A DNA stretch of 32,000 nucleotides from Aliivibrio fischeri ES114 (GTDB lineage Bacteria; Pseudomonadota; Gammaproteobacteria; Enterobacterales; Vibrionaceae). Positions 23,426-32,000 of the stretch are shown here, in pieces. The notes beneath the pieces were generated by a model. That model saw nothing but the letters and a program-made list of their open reading frames with translations. It was not told the origin of the DNA and ran no database searches. The stretch lies in the NCBI RefSeq assembly GCF_000011805.1, contig NC_006840.2; one strand, written 5' to 3'. The position numbers and the translations under genes were made by a program. Each line of letters opens with the position of its first letter. The first letter of the stretch is position 1.

Positions 23426-24382
23426 ATGATGAGCACTCTATTCCCAGCATTAAATTTAAATAAAGATGAGCCATTACCAAGCTTCACTGTCTCCGAGTTA
23501 AATGATTGGGCATTAATCACAATGATTGGTGCAGATAAAAAATCATACCTACAAGGTCAAGTTACTTGCGATGTTGTTTCTTTAGCTCAAGATGAGATCA
23601 CCTTCGGTGGGCATTGTGATGCAAAAGGGAAATTATGGAGTATCTTCCAGCTCTTTCATCACAATGATGGCTACGCTTTATTTCAGCGTAAAAGTGCTAT
23701 CGAAACAGAATTAACTGAAATAAAAAAATACGCTGTATTTTCTAAAGTCGATATTTCAATTAGTGATGAAATTTTACTTGGTTTTACTGGCGATAAAGCC
23801 CTTGAGTGGATAAATCAACATACTGATTCAAATGCCAACGTCCGAGTATCTAAATTTGGTACGTTTGCCAAAGTTAGCGATACACAATGGTTACTAGTAA
23901 CAACCGATGATAAAAAAGAGGAACTTCTTTCTTTATTATCAGAAGCAACACTATGCGATGAGGCTATATGGTCTTTGCACCACATTAAACACGCCTTACC
24001 ACAAATAGATGCCCCACTATGTAACGAACATATTCCTCAAGCACTAAATCTACAAGCCATCAATGGTATTAGCTTTAAAAAAGGGTGCTATACAGGTCAA
24101 GAAACCGTAGCAAGAGCAAAATACCGTGGTATAAACAAACGTGCTATGTACTTACTTTCAGGTCTCTCAGAGGCACGACCATGTGCCGGTGATGCTATTG
24201 AGCGTAGTGTGGGTGAAAATTGGCGTAAAGGCGGAACCATTGTTTCGGCATACCGCTTTGAAGATGGCCATACTCTTGCTCTAGCAATCCTTCCAAATGA
24301 TTTAGATGAAGATACACAATTCAAACTTCAAGAATCTATCTGGGAAAAAGTAGAATTACCTTACTCACTTAATGATGAGTAA
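23426..24382 (+). CDS. ygfZ: tRNA-modifying protein YgfZ (folate-dependent Fe-S repair factor)
   Basis: Signature [22 protein letters not shown]; divergent from sdhE. Confidence 0.95.
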   Translation: MMSTLFPALNLNKDEPLPSFTVSELNDWALITMIGADKKSYLQGQVTCDVVSLAQDEITFGGHCDAKGKLWSIFQLFHHNDGYALFQRKSAIETELTEIKKYAVFSKVDISISDEILLGFTGDKALEWINQHTDSNANVRVSKFGTFAKVSDTQWLLVTTDDKKEELLSLLSEATLCDEAIWSLHHIKHALPQIDAPLCNEHIPQALNLQAINGISFKKGCYTGQETVARAKYRGINKRAMYLLSGLSEARPCAGDAIERSVGENWRKGGTIVSAYRFEDGHTLALAILPNDLDEDTQFKLQESIWEKVELPYSLNDE

Positions 24383-24854
24383 GTTGCAAACATCTGTGAC
24401 GGATCTGCTTGATAAAGAGCAGATCCCTTACCGACTACTTCCACATAAAACTCCCGCAATCAGTGTTCAAGATGCAGCTGAACAGCGTGGAGTCTCTCCA
24501 TCTCAGATGGTTAAAACAATTGTTTTACGAGATATGGGTGGACGATTGGCTCTAGCTTGCGTTCCTGGAGATCAACAAGTAGATCCAAAAAAAGTACGAC
24601 AATTATTAGATTGCCGACGCATGACCTGTGTTTCATCTGATGAAGTAAAGCTAATTACAGGCTTTGAGATTGGTACGATAAACCCAATAGTAACAGCGAC
24701 ACCAATGCCTGTTTTTCTAGATATTCATTTCCAACAACATCAATATATTAATATATCTAGCGGCGATAGAATGGCAGGAATTGAATTAACACTCGCTGAC
24801 TTGTGTCATTTATGCCAACCAACTCTAGCTTCTTTGTGCCGAGAATTGGATTAA
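24372..24854 (+). CDS. YbaK/ProX-family aminoacyl-tRNA deacylase-like protein
   Basis: [87 protein letters not shown] has the YbaK-domain layout. Its start overlaps the end of ygfZ. Confidence 0.85.
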   Translation: MMSKLQTSVTDLLDKEQIPYRLLPHKTPAISVQDAAEQRGVSPSQMVKTIVLRDMGGRLALACVPGDQQVDPKKVRQLLDCRRMTCVSSDEVKLITGFEIGTINPIVTATPMPVFLDIHFQQHQYINISSGDRMAGIELTLADLCHLCQPTLASLCRELD

Positions 24855-24997
24855 TTTACATTCTTACATAACAAACTTGATCCATTACTCATTTCACCAC
24901 ATCAAAAGATGAATTATTATTTATTTTTTATGAATAAGTAGCATTTTGGTTAATTTTTAGTTATTTTGATTGTGTTCTTTTCTTACGAAAGAGCGCA

Positions 24998-25095
24998 TAA
25001 ATTGTTTAACTCCAAACAATTTACTCCAATATACCTATATATATTGGAAATGCATCTGTGACTGTTTGCCCGAACTCTGTTTCGGGCTTTTTTTT
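24998..25095 (+). ncRNA. Candidate structured RNA: three successive hairpins, the last a rho-independent terminator
   Basis: TAAATTGTTT(AACTCC)AAACAATTTA (24998-25023); TCCAATATA(CCTATA)TATATTGGA (25025-25048); GCCCGAA(CTCTGT)TTCGGGC (25068-25087) followed by T8. Confidence 0.45.
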
Positions 25096-25260
25096 AATAT
25101 TTTTATCTAGATAAAGATCAAATATCAGCATATTAAAATATTAATAATATGCTCCTCCTCACCTTATCCCAATTTTGCAACATATATGTCACATAAATTT
25201 GGTTATAATGCTATCCAGAGCATAAAAGCTCGTTTGTTTTAATCACTGAAGGATAATGTG

Positions 25261-25464
25261 ATGCGATTTTTTAAGCACTATGCACCGAGCATGATTGCGA
25301 AACATATTAGTCGACTATTTAATGGAAAGATTCATATTCACGGCATTGGCGAGTTTCGATTTAAAGATGGTCAATTAGTAGCTCCTACAGAAGCGGAGCG
25401 TGAACACTATAAAATGGTAAAAGAAATTAACTCAGAAATAACTCGGTTGAAAATGGCTTATTAA
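25261..25464 (+). CDS. Small conserved protein resembling YtfK (DUF1107 family)
   Basis: MRFFKHYAPSMIAKHISRLFNGKIHIHGIGEFRFKDGQLVAPTEAEREHYKMVKEINSEITRLKMAY matches the length and pattern of E. coli YtfK (FxRYxPxxVAKYV...LFRGRxYIxxxGxFxFDxGK). AAGGA Shine-Dalgarno about 8 nt upstream of the ATG. Confidence 0.8.
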   Translation: MRFFKHYAPSMIAKHISRLFNGKIHIHGIGEFRFKDGQLVAPTEAEREHYKMVKEINSEITRLKMAY

Positions 25465-25469
25465 AAATA

Positions 25470-25497
25470 AAGGTAGCATTACGCTACCTTTTTTGTT
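25470..25497. terminator. Bidirectional terminator between the YtfK-like gene and ubiI
   Basis: AAAGGTAGCATTACGCTACCTTTTTTG: inverted repeat with flanking A-run and T-run, between convergent genes. Confidence 0.85.
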
Positions 25498-25509
25498 TTT
25501 AACTAAATA

Positions 25510-26718
25510 CTATTTTTTTGCTATTTCTGGTAAATGTCCAGATAAGCCTAGCGCTCTTTTTAAGCATTCATCTTTAACAGGCGATAGCTCATTCGTTAAT
25601 GACATTCCCACCCCTCGAATGAACTTCTTAACTGGATTGCTTCCAGAAAATAACTCTTTAAATCCTTGCATAGAGGCAATCATTTGAGCGGCTTCTGCTT
25701 TTCTCCATCGCTCAAAAGAACGTAAATTAACTTTTAAACCGATGTCTTTACTTTCATTTTGTAACGCTAAAATCGTTTCAGCTAATGCAGCAGCATCGGC
25801 AAGTCCAAGATTCACACCTTGCCCAGCTAAAGGATGAATAGTATGCGCAGCATCACCGACTAATACCGCTCGCTCACGAACGAAATCTTTGGCATAACGC
25901 ATCTTTAATGGAAAAGCTTGGCGAGTCCCTTCAACAGAACATAGCCCAAGTTGATTATCAAATGCCGTAGTTAAACGTTTATTGAAATCATCTTCAGGCA
26001 TCGAAACTAAATCTTCGGCTTGTAAAGGGTCAAGAGACCATACAATAGAGCTTAAATTCGGTTCACCTAATGGTAAAAATGCAAGCGGTCCTTCAGGTCT
26101 AAATATTTGTCGAGCGGTTGCATTATGAGTATCTACAGTTCGAATATTTGCAACCAGAGCGCTATGACCGTAATCCCAATGTGTTAAAGGAATATCTAAC
26201 TGATTACGTAACCATGAATTTGCACCATCCGCACCAACCACCAACTTTGCGGTAATTGCTTTACCTGATTCTAAATTAATCCAAGCTTCACTTTCGCCAA
26301 ACATAATATTAGTGCATCGTTCTGGCGCTAATAATGTAACGTTTTCTTGTTTTGAAATTTTATCCAAAAGAGAAAGTTGTATAACTCGGTTTTCGACAAT
26401 ATGTCCTAAATTATGCTGAGCGATGTCCTCTGCTTCAAATTCAATCTTAGCAAAGCTGTCTTGCTCCCATACTCGCATCGATGTGTATGGTGCTGCACGA
26501 CGTGACAAGATTCCCTGCCATGCTCCAACATTATTTAAAATATTTTCACTTGCTCGACTGATCGCTGAAACTCGAATATCAGGTAAAGAGGCTAATTCCT
26601 CTTCAGGCAGTTGGCTTTCAATGACTGCGATTCTTAATCCACTGTTTTCTAATGCAGCGGCTACGGTTAAACCAACCATACCGCCACCAATAATCGCAAT
26701 ATCTACACTCTGCATCAT
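25510..26718 (-). CDS. ubiI: FAD-dependent ubiquinone biosynthesis hydroxylase UbiI (VisC)
   Basis: VDIAIIGGGMVGLTVAAALENSGLRIAVIE..., RAVLVGDAAHTIHPLAGQGVNLGLADAAAL; adjacent to ubiH. Confidence 0.9.
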   Translation of the reverse strand: MMQSVDIAIIGGGMVGLTVAAALENSGLRIAVIESQLPEEELASLPDIRVSAISRASENILNNVGAWQGILSRRAAPYTSMRVWEQDSFAKIEFEAEDIAQHNLGHIVENRVIQLSLLDKISKQENVTLLAPERCTNIMFGESEAWINLESGKAITAKLVVGADGANSWLRNQLDIPLTHWDYGHSALVANIRTVDTHNATARQIFRPEGPLAFLPLGEPNLSSIVWSLDPLQAEDLVSMPEDDFNKRLTTAFDNQLGLCSVEGTRQAFPLKMRYAKDFVRERAVLVGDAAHTIHPLAGQGVNLGLADAAALAETILALQNESKDIGLKVNLRSFERWRKAEAAQMIASMQGFKELFSGSNPVKKFIRGVGMSLTNELSPVKDECLKRALGLSGHLPEIAKK

Positions 26719-26720
26719 AA

Positions 26721-27920
26721 TTATCTTTTCACTCTACCCATTGCTCGTAATGTCGCGGGTTTTAATAAAAAACGGAAAGTATCAACCGCATACAAACCAA
26801 TATTTCGTCCAATTACCATTGGGAATGAATGAGTTGCAAAGATAGAAATTAATCCTGCAGTCATCGTTATGGTTTGCTGTTGGTCTGGTTCTCGTCGATT
26901 CTGATACTCAGCTAGCACCGAATAATCACCAATATCTTGACCATTCAAAGAAGCTTGAGTAATACATTCACTTAATGAAAATACATCTCTTATTCCAAGG
27001 TTAAACCCTTGGCCTGCAATCGGATGCAGAGTTTGGGCTGCGTTACCAATAGCAGCAAAACGATGGGAAACATGCTGTTTTTGACGACGAAGTAACAAAG
27101 GATAATGTGCTCGCTTACCCGTTTTTATTAACTTACCAAGGCGCCAACCAAATTCATGTTGTAGATGCGCTAAAAATTGCTCATCACTGTACTCTAATAT
27201 TTCCTGCGATGCTTCAGGAGTAACACACCATACAAGTGAGCTACGACCATTAGACATCGGCAAGAGAGCGACAGGGCCATGCTCAGTAAAACGCTCAAAT
27301 GCTTTTCCTTGAGGATGGAGCTCTGTTGTCACATTAGCGATGATAGCGACCTGCTCAAAATCAAACACTTCAGATTCTAATTGCATGCTTTTGCACGTGG
27401 CAGATTCAGCGCCATCTGCTGCAACAACCAAAGATGCAGAAATAACCTTTCCTGTAGAGAGCGTTATCTTAGTCAGTGCTAACTCTCGCTCAAGATGAGA
27501 AACCGATGCAGGGCAAATAAGTTCTATATCTGAAGAGTTTATTAATTTTTTATGATAAAAATCACCAATATCAGCAAGCTCAACAACATAACCAAGATCA
27601 TCAACGTTCAATTCTTTTGATGTTAACTCTGTTATTCCTGCATGTTGCTGATCTGAGATGTGAATATGCTTTATTGGTGTTGCTAACGGGGCGATATCTG
27701 ACCACAAAGCAATGTCTTTCAATAGCTGCGCAGTTCCATTAGAAAGAGCAATACTTCGAGAATCATATCCTGGGTGAGAATCAAGTTTTGGTTCGACAGC
27801 TTCAATAACCGCAATCGAAAGACGCCCTTGATTCATTTTTTCTAATGCTAAAGCGAGTGTTGCTCCCGCCATCGCACCACCAACAATAACTACATCATAA
27901 TGTGTCATTCTAGAATCCAT
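26721..27920 (-). CDS. ubiH: 2-octaprenyl-6-methoxyphenol hydroxylase UbiH
   Basis: YDVVIVGGAMAGATLALAL, HPGYDSRSIALSNGTAQLL, RFAAIGNAAQTLHPIAGQGFNLGIRDV. Confidence 0.93.
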   Translation of the reverse strand: MDSRMTHYDVVIVGGAMAGATLALALEKMNQGRLSIAVIEAVEPKLDSHPGYDSRSIALSNGTAQLLKDIALWSDIAPLATPIKHIHISDQQHAGITELTSKELNVDDLGYVVELADIGDFYHKKLINSSDIELICPASVSHLERELALTKITLSTGKVISASLVVAADGAESATCKSMQLESEVFDFEQVAIIANVTTELHPQGKAFERFTEHGPVALLPMSNGRSSLVWCVTPEASQEILEYSDEQFLAHLQHEFGWRLGKLIKTGKRAHYPLLLRRQKQHVSHRFAAIGNAAQTLHPIAGQGFNLGIRDVFSLSECITQASLNGQDIGDYSVLAEYQNRREPDQQQTITMTAGLISIFATHSFPMVIGRNIGLYAVDTFRFLLKPATLRAMGRVKR

Positions 27921-28489
27921 TAATGCACTGTTTTAGATGCATCGGTATGTATTTGCTGACCTAATTCAGCATGAATAGTAAGAACACAAATGCGCACATG
28001 CTCTACTATTTGTTCGAAGAGACTTTCTTGTTCTTCAAGATCATCCTCTTCATCAATACCTAAACGTGCAATTTCTTCTAAATCAGCTAACGCTTCTTTC
28101 AATGCATCAGATGTTTTATCTAATTTAAGCTCAACTAAACCTAAACCAGAGATAAAATGGTTAACCCACTCACTTAACCCATCTGCTCGATTCATTAAGC
28201 TCTCTTTCTCACTAGGGATTAACAACTCTAAAGCCAGCTTTTCAGCCGTTAATTCAGCAACTGTGCATTGAAATACCGCACTTCCCACTTTAATTGCACT
28301 GTCTGGCCATCCCATACCATCGTTAGTGTAATCATAAATCAATGGCTTCCAGGTTTGATCGTCAAGAGATAGACCACCGCTTATCATGCCAACTAATAGA
28401 CCATGCAATTCTGATGGTGTAACTGCAAGTCCACTGTCTTTTAAAGCTGACTCAACGGTTAAAAACTCTGGCATTTTAATTTCGCTCAT
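27920..28489 (-). CDS. ygfB: YgfB family (UPF0149) protein
   Basis: LTPSELHGLLVGMISGG..., DRADGLSEWVNHFISGLGLVELKLDK..., EDDLEEQESLFEQIVEHVRI. The stop overlaps the ubiH start (TAATG). Confidence 0.93.
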   Translation of the reverse strand: MSEIKMPEFLTVESALKDSGLAVTPSELHGLLVGMISGGLSLDDQTWKPLIYDYTNDGMGWPDSAIKVGSAVFQCTVAELTAEKLALELLIPSEKESLMNRADGLSEWVNHFISGLGLVELKLDKTSDALKEALADLEEIARLGIDEEDDLEEQESLFEQIVEHVRICVLTIHAELGQQIHTDASKTVH

Positions 28490-28727
28490 ATTTGACGATC
28501 TCTAGATTAGGATTAATATCTCCATGCTACCACTTCATGCATTTTCAGAAAACTCACTATCTCTCGCAATTGAGTATCTTTTCATCAGATTGTTGTTTTA
28601 TTAAGAATATAGTTAACCACCATCAACAAAGCGATGCGAAATACTTGAATCTTTTTACATCATTTCTTATAGTTTCATTCACTTATCACTGGTTATTTAT
28701 GAAGTCAGTGAATCTTATAGTTTAACG

Positions 28728-29069
28728 ATGAGTAATGTATTGATGACAAGCCAAGCCGTGCAAGTCCAAATATTAGGACGAGCCATCAAGGTTAACTGCC
28801 CTGCTGGTCAAGAAGCTGCATTAAAAGAAGCCGCTCAAGATTTAGATAATCGTGTAAATGAATTATCTGAACGAACCAAAGTAACCAATACTGAACAGTT
28901 ATTGACTATTACGTCGTTAAATATCTGCTACGAACTTCATGCGGCTAAAAAAGAGGCAAGTAAACATTCTTCCGATGTTTATGAACGCATGGGATTGCTT
29001 GCAAGCGCATTAGAAGCTGCAATTTCTACAGTTAAGCCTAGCCAAACAGAAGAAAGTACGGCAGAATAG
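28728..29069 (+). CDS. zapA: Cell division protein ZapA
   Basis: AVQVQILGRAIKVNCPAGQEAALKEAAQDLDNRVNELSERTKVTNTEQLLTITSLNICYEL; located between ygfB and ssrS as in E. coli. Confidence 0.94.
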   Translation: MSNVLMTSQAVQVQILGRAIKVNCPAGQEAALKEAAQDLDNRVNELSERTKVTNTEQLLTITSLNICYELHAAKKEASKHSSDVYERMGLLASALEAAISTVKPSQTEESTAE

Positions 29070-29098
29070 AAACATCGCTAAGGATAGCAAAAGAATAA

Positions 29099-29281
29099 AA
29101 TTTACCCTGGAGTGTTTGTAGGCGGATCTATGTCCCTGAGCCGATAAGCACAAATTAGGGTTAGTACTTGTTTGCTATTGAGCATGCTCGGCTTGTACTG
29201 AGAAGCCTACGGTAAACTTTGCTGATCCGCCTTGAACCTAGGGTTCAAGGGCTACGACCACTACGGCACTTTGGGGTATTC
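29099..29281 (+). ncRNA. ssrS: 6S RNA
   Basis: Conserved blocks GTCCCTGAGCCGATA, GAGCATGCTCGG, GAGAAGCC and CCTTGAACCTAGGGTTCAAGGG. The termini (ACCCTGGAGTG ... CACTTTGGGGTATT) can pair as the closing stem. Lies between zapA and ygfA as in E. coli. Confidence 0.95.
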
Positions 29282-29282
29282 C

Positions 29283-29864
29283 ATGACATCTCGTCGACTC
29301 ATTCGACAATCTACACGTCAACGTCGTAACGCTTTATCTCCTATTGAACAATCTCAAGCAGCCAACGCTCTTGTCCAGCAGTGTTCTATCAACCCTGTAA
29401 TTCAAAAAGCACACTCTATTGCAGTCTATTTATCTTCCGATGGTGAAATTGATACCAATCCACTCATCACTTGGTTATGGGCACAGGGCAAACAAGTCGC
29501 TTTACCTGTAATACACCCATTCTCAAAGGGTCATTTATTATTCCTTGAGTACACTGAAAACTCACCGCTTGTTCATAATAAATATCAGATCCTAGAACCC
29601 AAACTAAACAAAACTACAATTATACCGACCTCTGAATTAGATCTAATTTTGACGCCGTTAGTTGCTTTTGATCATACCGGTAATCGTTTAGGTATGGGCG
29701 GAGGATATTATGATCGAACCCTCTCTAATTGGCACTCCGCTCAGCAAGGTCCAATGCCGATAGGGTTATCACACACTTGCCAGCAAGTTTCATCGTTACC
29801 GATTGAATCTTGGGATGTACCACTTCCTCAAATCATCACACCTCAAAAAACATGGCACTGGTAA
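29283..29864 (+). CDS. ygfA: 5-formyltetrahydrofolate cyclo-ligase (YgfA/FAU1). The likely start is MTSRRLIRQS at 29283, not 29232.
   Basis: LIRQSTRQRRNALSPIEQSQAA..., DLILTPLVAFDHTGNRLGMGGGYYDRTL. Confidence 0.94.
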   Translation: MTSRRLIRQSTRQRRNALSPIEQSQAANALVQQCSINPVIQKAHSIAVYLSSDGEIDTNPLITWLWAQGKQVALPVIHPFSKGHLLFLEYTENSPLVHNKYQILEPKLNKTTIIPTSELDLILTPLVAFDHTGNRLGMGGGYYDRTLSNWHSAQQGPMPIGLSHTCQQVSSLPIESWDVPLPQIITPQKTWHW

Positions 29865-30004
29865 ATAGTTAGCCGAAACCGTTTGCTTTGCTTGTATTTT
29901 ATTCATTTTTTACGCTTTACTGACTTATTTTTTCTGACGAAGAAAAAACTCTACGCTATAATCACGCCGCTTTCATTTGCACATTATATTTCTAGGAGAA
30001 GGTC

Positions 30005-30661
30005 ATGACTCAAGACGAGATGAAAAAAGCAGCTGGTTGGGCAGCGTTAGAATACGTAGAAGCTGGCAGCATTGTTGGTGTGGGTACAGGTTCAACCGTA
30101 AACCATTTCATCGACGCACTTGCGACCATGAAGAATGAAATTAAAGGCGCAGTATCAAGCTCAGTAGCTTCAACAGAGAAGTTAAAAGAACTGGGTATTG
30201 AAGTTTTTGATTGTAATGATGTTGCAGGCCTTGATGTTTATGTTGATGGTGCCGACGAAATTAACGGCAAGAATGAAATGATTAAAGGCGGCGGCGCTGC
30301 TCTTACTCGTGAAAAAATCGTTGCTGCAATTTCTGATAAATTTATCTGTATTGTTGATGACACAAAGCAAGTTGATGTTTTAGGTCAATTCCCACTTCCT
30401 GTTGAAGTTATTCCAATGGCTCGCTCTTATGTTGCTCGTGAGTTAGTTAAATTAGGTGGCGATCCTGCATACCGTGAAGGCGTAATTACCGATAATGGTA
30501 ATGTGATCCTTGATGTTCACGGTATGAAAATTACAGATGCAAAAGATCTAGAAGATAAAATCAATGCTCTTCCAGGCGTAGTAACTGTAGGTTTATTTGC
30601 ACACCGCGGTGCAGATGTCCTATTAGTAGGGGCTCCAGAAGGCGTTAAGAAGTTCGACTAA
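30005..30661 (+). CDS. rpiA: Ribose-5-phosphate isomerase A
   Basis: [39 protein letters not shown]..., [25 protein letters not shown]. Confidence 0.98.
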   Translation: MTQDEMKKAAGWAALEYVEAGSIVGVGTGSTVNHFIDALATMKNEIKGAVSSSVASTEKLKELGIEVFDCNDVAGLDVYVDGADEINGKNEMIKGGGAALTREKIVAAISDKFICIVDDTKQVDVLGQFPLPVEVIPMARSYVARELVKLGGDPAYREGVITDNGNVILDVHGMKITDAKDLEDKINALPGVVTVGLFAHRGADVLLVGAPEGVKKFD

Positions 30662-30721
30662 ATAACTACCTTAACTTAATGTTCCCTTATTTAAGAGGGA
30701 GCAAAAATGTTATTTCATTAC

Positions 30722-30748
30722 AAACGGTGCTCATTAGCACCGTTTTTT
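30722..30748 (+). terminator. Rho-independent terminator between rpiA and serA
   Basis: AAACGGTGCT-CATT-AGCACCGTTTTTT. Confidence 0.88.
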
Positions 30749-30855
30749 ATTAACTATTCCGTAATTTTCTTACCCAAACTGATTATTTTTTGATACTTTA
30801 TAATCAGCAAGCAATAAATCACATCATAATTTTGTTTTTAAGGATAAGAACGACC

Positions 30856-32000
30856 ATGGCAAAAGTATCTCTGGAAAAAGAAAAAATCAAAATTCTTCTT
30901 TTAGAAGGATTGCATCCATCTTGTGTTGAAGTTTTCCAAGCAGATGGTTACACCAATATTGAATACCACAAAGGTTCACTCTCTGAAGAAGAACTCTTAG
31001 AAGCAGTAAAAGACGTTCATTTTATTGGTCTTCGCTCCCGCACTCAATTAACACAAGAAGTATTTGAGGCTGCAAACAAATTGGTTGCTGTTGGTTGTTT
31101 CTGTATCGGTACAAACCAAGTTGATTTAAAAGCAGCCGCAAAGCGTGGTATTCCAGTATTCAATGCTCCTTTCTCTAATACTCGAAGCGTTGCTGAATTA
31201 GTTTTAGGTCAAATTCTACTATTACTTCGTGGTATCCCAGAAAAGAATGCATTAGCACACCGTGGTATTTGGAAAAAAAGTGCTGACGCTTCTTTTGAAG
31301 CTCGAGGCAAACGTTTGGGTATCATAGGTTATGGACATATCGGTACACAATTAGGCATTTTAGCTGAAAACCTAGGTATGCGAGTTTATTACTACGATAT
31401 CGAAAATAAACTTTCTCTAGGTAACGCAACTCAAATCCCAACCATGAGTGAATTATTAAATAAGTGTGATGTGATCTCTCTACATGTTCCTGAAACAGCT
31501 GGAACAAAAGACATGATGGGTGCAGAAGAATTTGCTCGTATGAAACCAGGGGCTATCTTTATTAACGCTGCACGTGGAACTGTTGTAAAAATTCAAGATC
31601 TATGTGACGCATTAGAGTCTGGGCATTTAGGTGGCGCAGCGGTTGATGTGTTCCCTGTAGAACCAAAAACAAACGCTGACCCATTTGAGTCACCATTACA
31701 AAAGTTTGATAATGTAATCTTAACGCCGCATGTTGGGGGGTCTACTCAAGAAGCTCAAGAAAACATTGGGGTTGAAGTTGCGGGTAAACTAACAAAATAC
31801 TCAGATAATGGTTCAACATTATCATCAGTTAACTTCCCTGAAGTGTCACTTCCTGAACATACTGATACATCACGTTTATTGCATATCCATGAAAACCGTC
31901 CAGGTATTCTAACTCAAATAAACAGTATTTTTGCTAATGAAGGCATTAACATTGCAGCTCAATACTTACAAACATCAGCAGATATGGGCTATGTTGTTAT
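30856..32000 (+). CDS. serA: D-3-phosphoglycerate dehydrogenase, truncated at the window edge (absent from the ORF track)
   Basis: Translation from 30856: MAKVSLEKEKIKILLLEGLHPSCVEVFQADGYTNIEYHKGSLSEEEL..., GYGHIGTQLG, ACT-domain start HIHENRPGILTQIN. Confidence 0.96.
   Translation, partial: MAKVSLEKEKIKILLLEGLHPSCVEVFQADGYTNIEYHKGSLSEEELLEAVKDVHFIGLRSRTQLTQEVFEAANKLVAVGCFCIGTNQVDLKAAAKRGIPVFNAPFSNTRSVAELVLGQILLLLRGIPEKNALAHRGIWKKSADASFEARGKRLGIIGYGHIGTQLGILAENLGMRVYYYDIENKLSLGNATQIPTMSELLNKCDVISLHVPETAGTKDMMGAEEFARMKPGAIFINAARGTVVKIQDLCDALESGHLGGAAVDVFPVEPKTNADPFESPLQKFDNVILTPHVGGSTQEAQENIGVEVAGKLTKYSDNGSTLSSVNFPEVSLPEHTDTSRLLHIHENRPGILTQINSIFANEGINIAAQYLQTSADMGYVV

Noticed and set aside
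24097-24324. Minus-strand ORF opposite the ygfZ 3' region
   Set aside because: Overlaps the YgfZ signature region (KGCYTGQE) on the other strand; shadow ORF.
25493-25687. Plus-strand ORF overlapping the ubiI 3' end
   Set aside because: Begins in the bidirectional terminator and runs antisense to ubiI.
26423-26845. 140-aa plus-strand ORF across the ubiI/ubiH junction
   Set aside because: Antisense to conserved N-terminal regions of both genes, no recognisable domain.
27990-28725. Plus-strand ORFs 27990-28271 (antisense to ygfB) and 28492-28725 (ygfB-zapA intergenic)
   Set aside because: The first is a shadow of ygfB. The second fills the divergent promoter region of ygfB/zapA with low-complexity, non-conserved-looking sequence; it would need conservation data to be believed.
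30182-31507. Minus-strand ORFs opposite rpiA (30182-30370) and serA (31322-31507)
   Set aside because: Antisense to well-conserved enzyme genes, no independent evidence.

Overview
This 32 kb window looks like ordinary core chromosome from a Vibrionaceae bacterium. Aliivibrio is my inference from AT-richness, gene order and protein sequences. Minus-strand blocks: eno(partial)-pyrG-mazG, a solitary flagellin, relA, rlmD; acpS-pdxJ-recO-era-rnc-lepB-lepA; rseC-rseB-rseA-rpoE; ygfX-sdhE; ubiI-ubiH-ygfB. Plus-strand genes: barA/varS, nadB, ygfZ, a YbaK-family gene, a small YtfK-like (DUF1107) gene, zapA, 6S RNA (ssrS), the 5-formyl-THF cyclo-ligase gene, rpiA and serA (partial). I found no convincing defence system, CRISPR array, prophage or other new multi-gene system. 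The best leads are small: (1) a GC-rich nested palindrome between era and recO; (2) a three-hairpin candidate small RNA or 3' element ending in a clear terminator upstream of the YtfK-like gene; (3) a solitary flagellin cassette with a sigma28-like promoter and a leader hairpin, inserted between mazG and relA; (4) a sigmaE-like promoter upstream of rpoE; (5) absence of pepP between ygfB and ubiH; (6) several ORF-track starts that look too long, including one inside 6S RNA.
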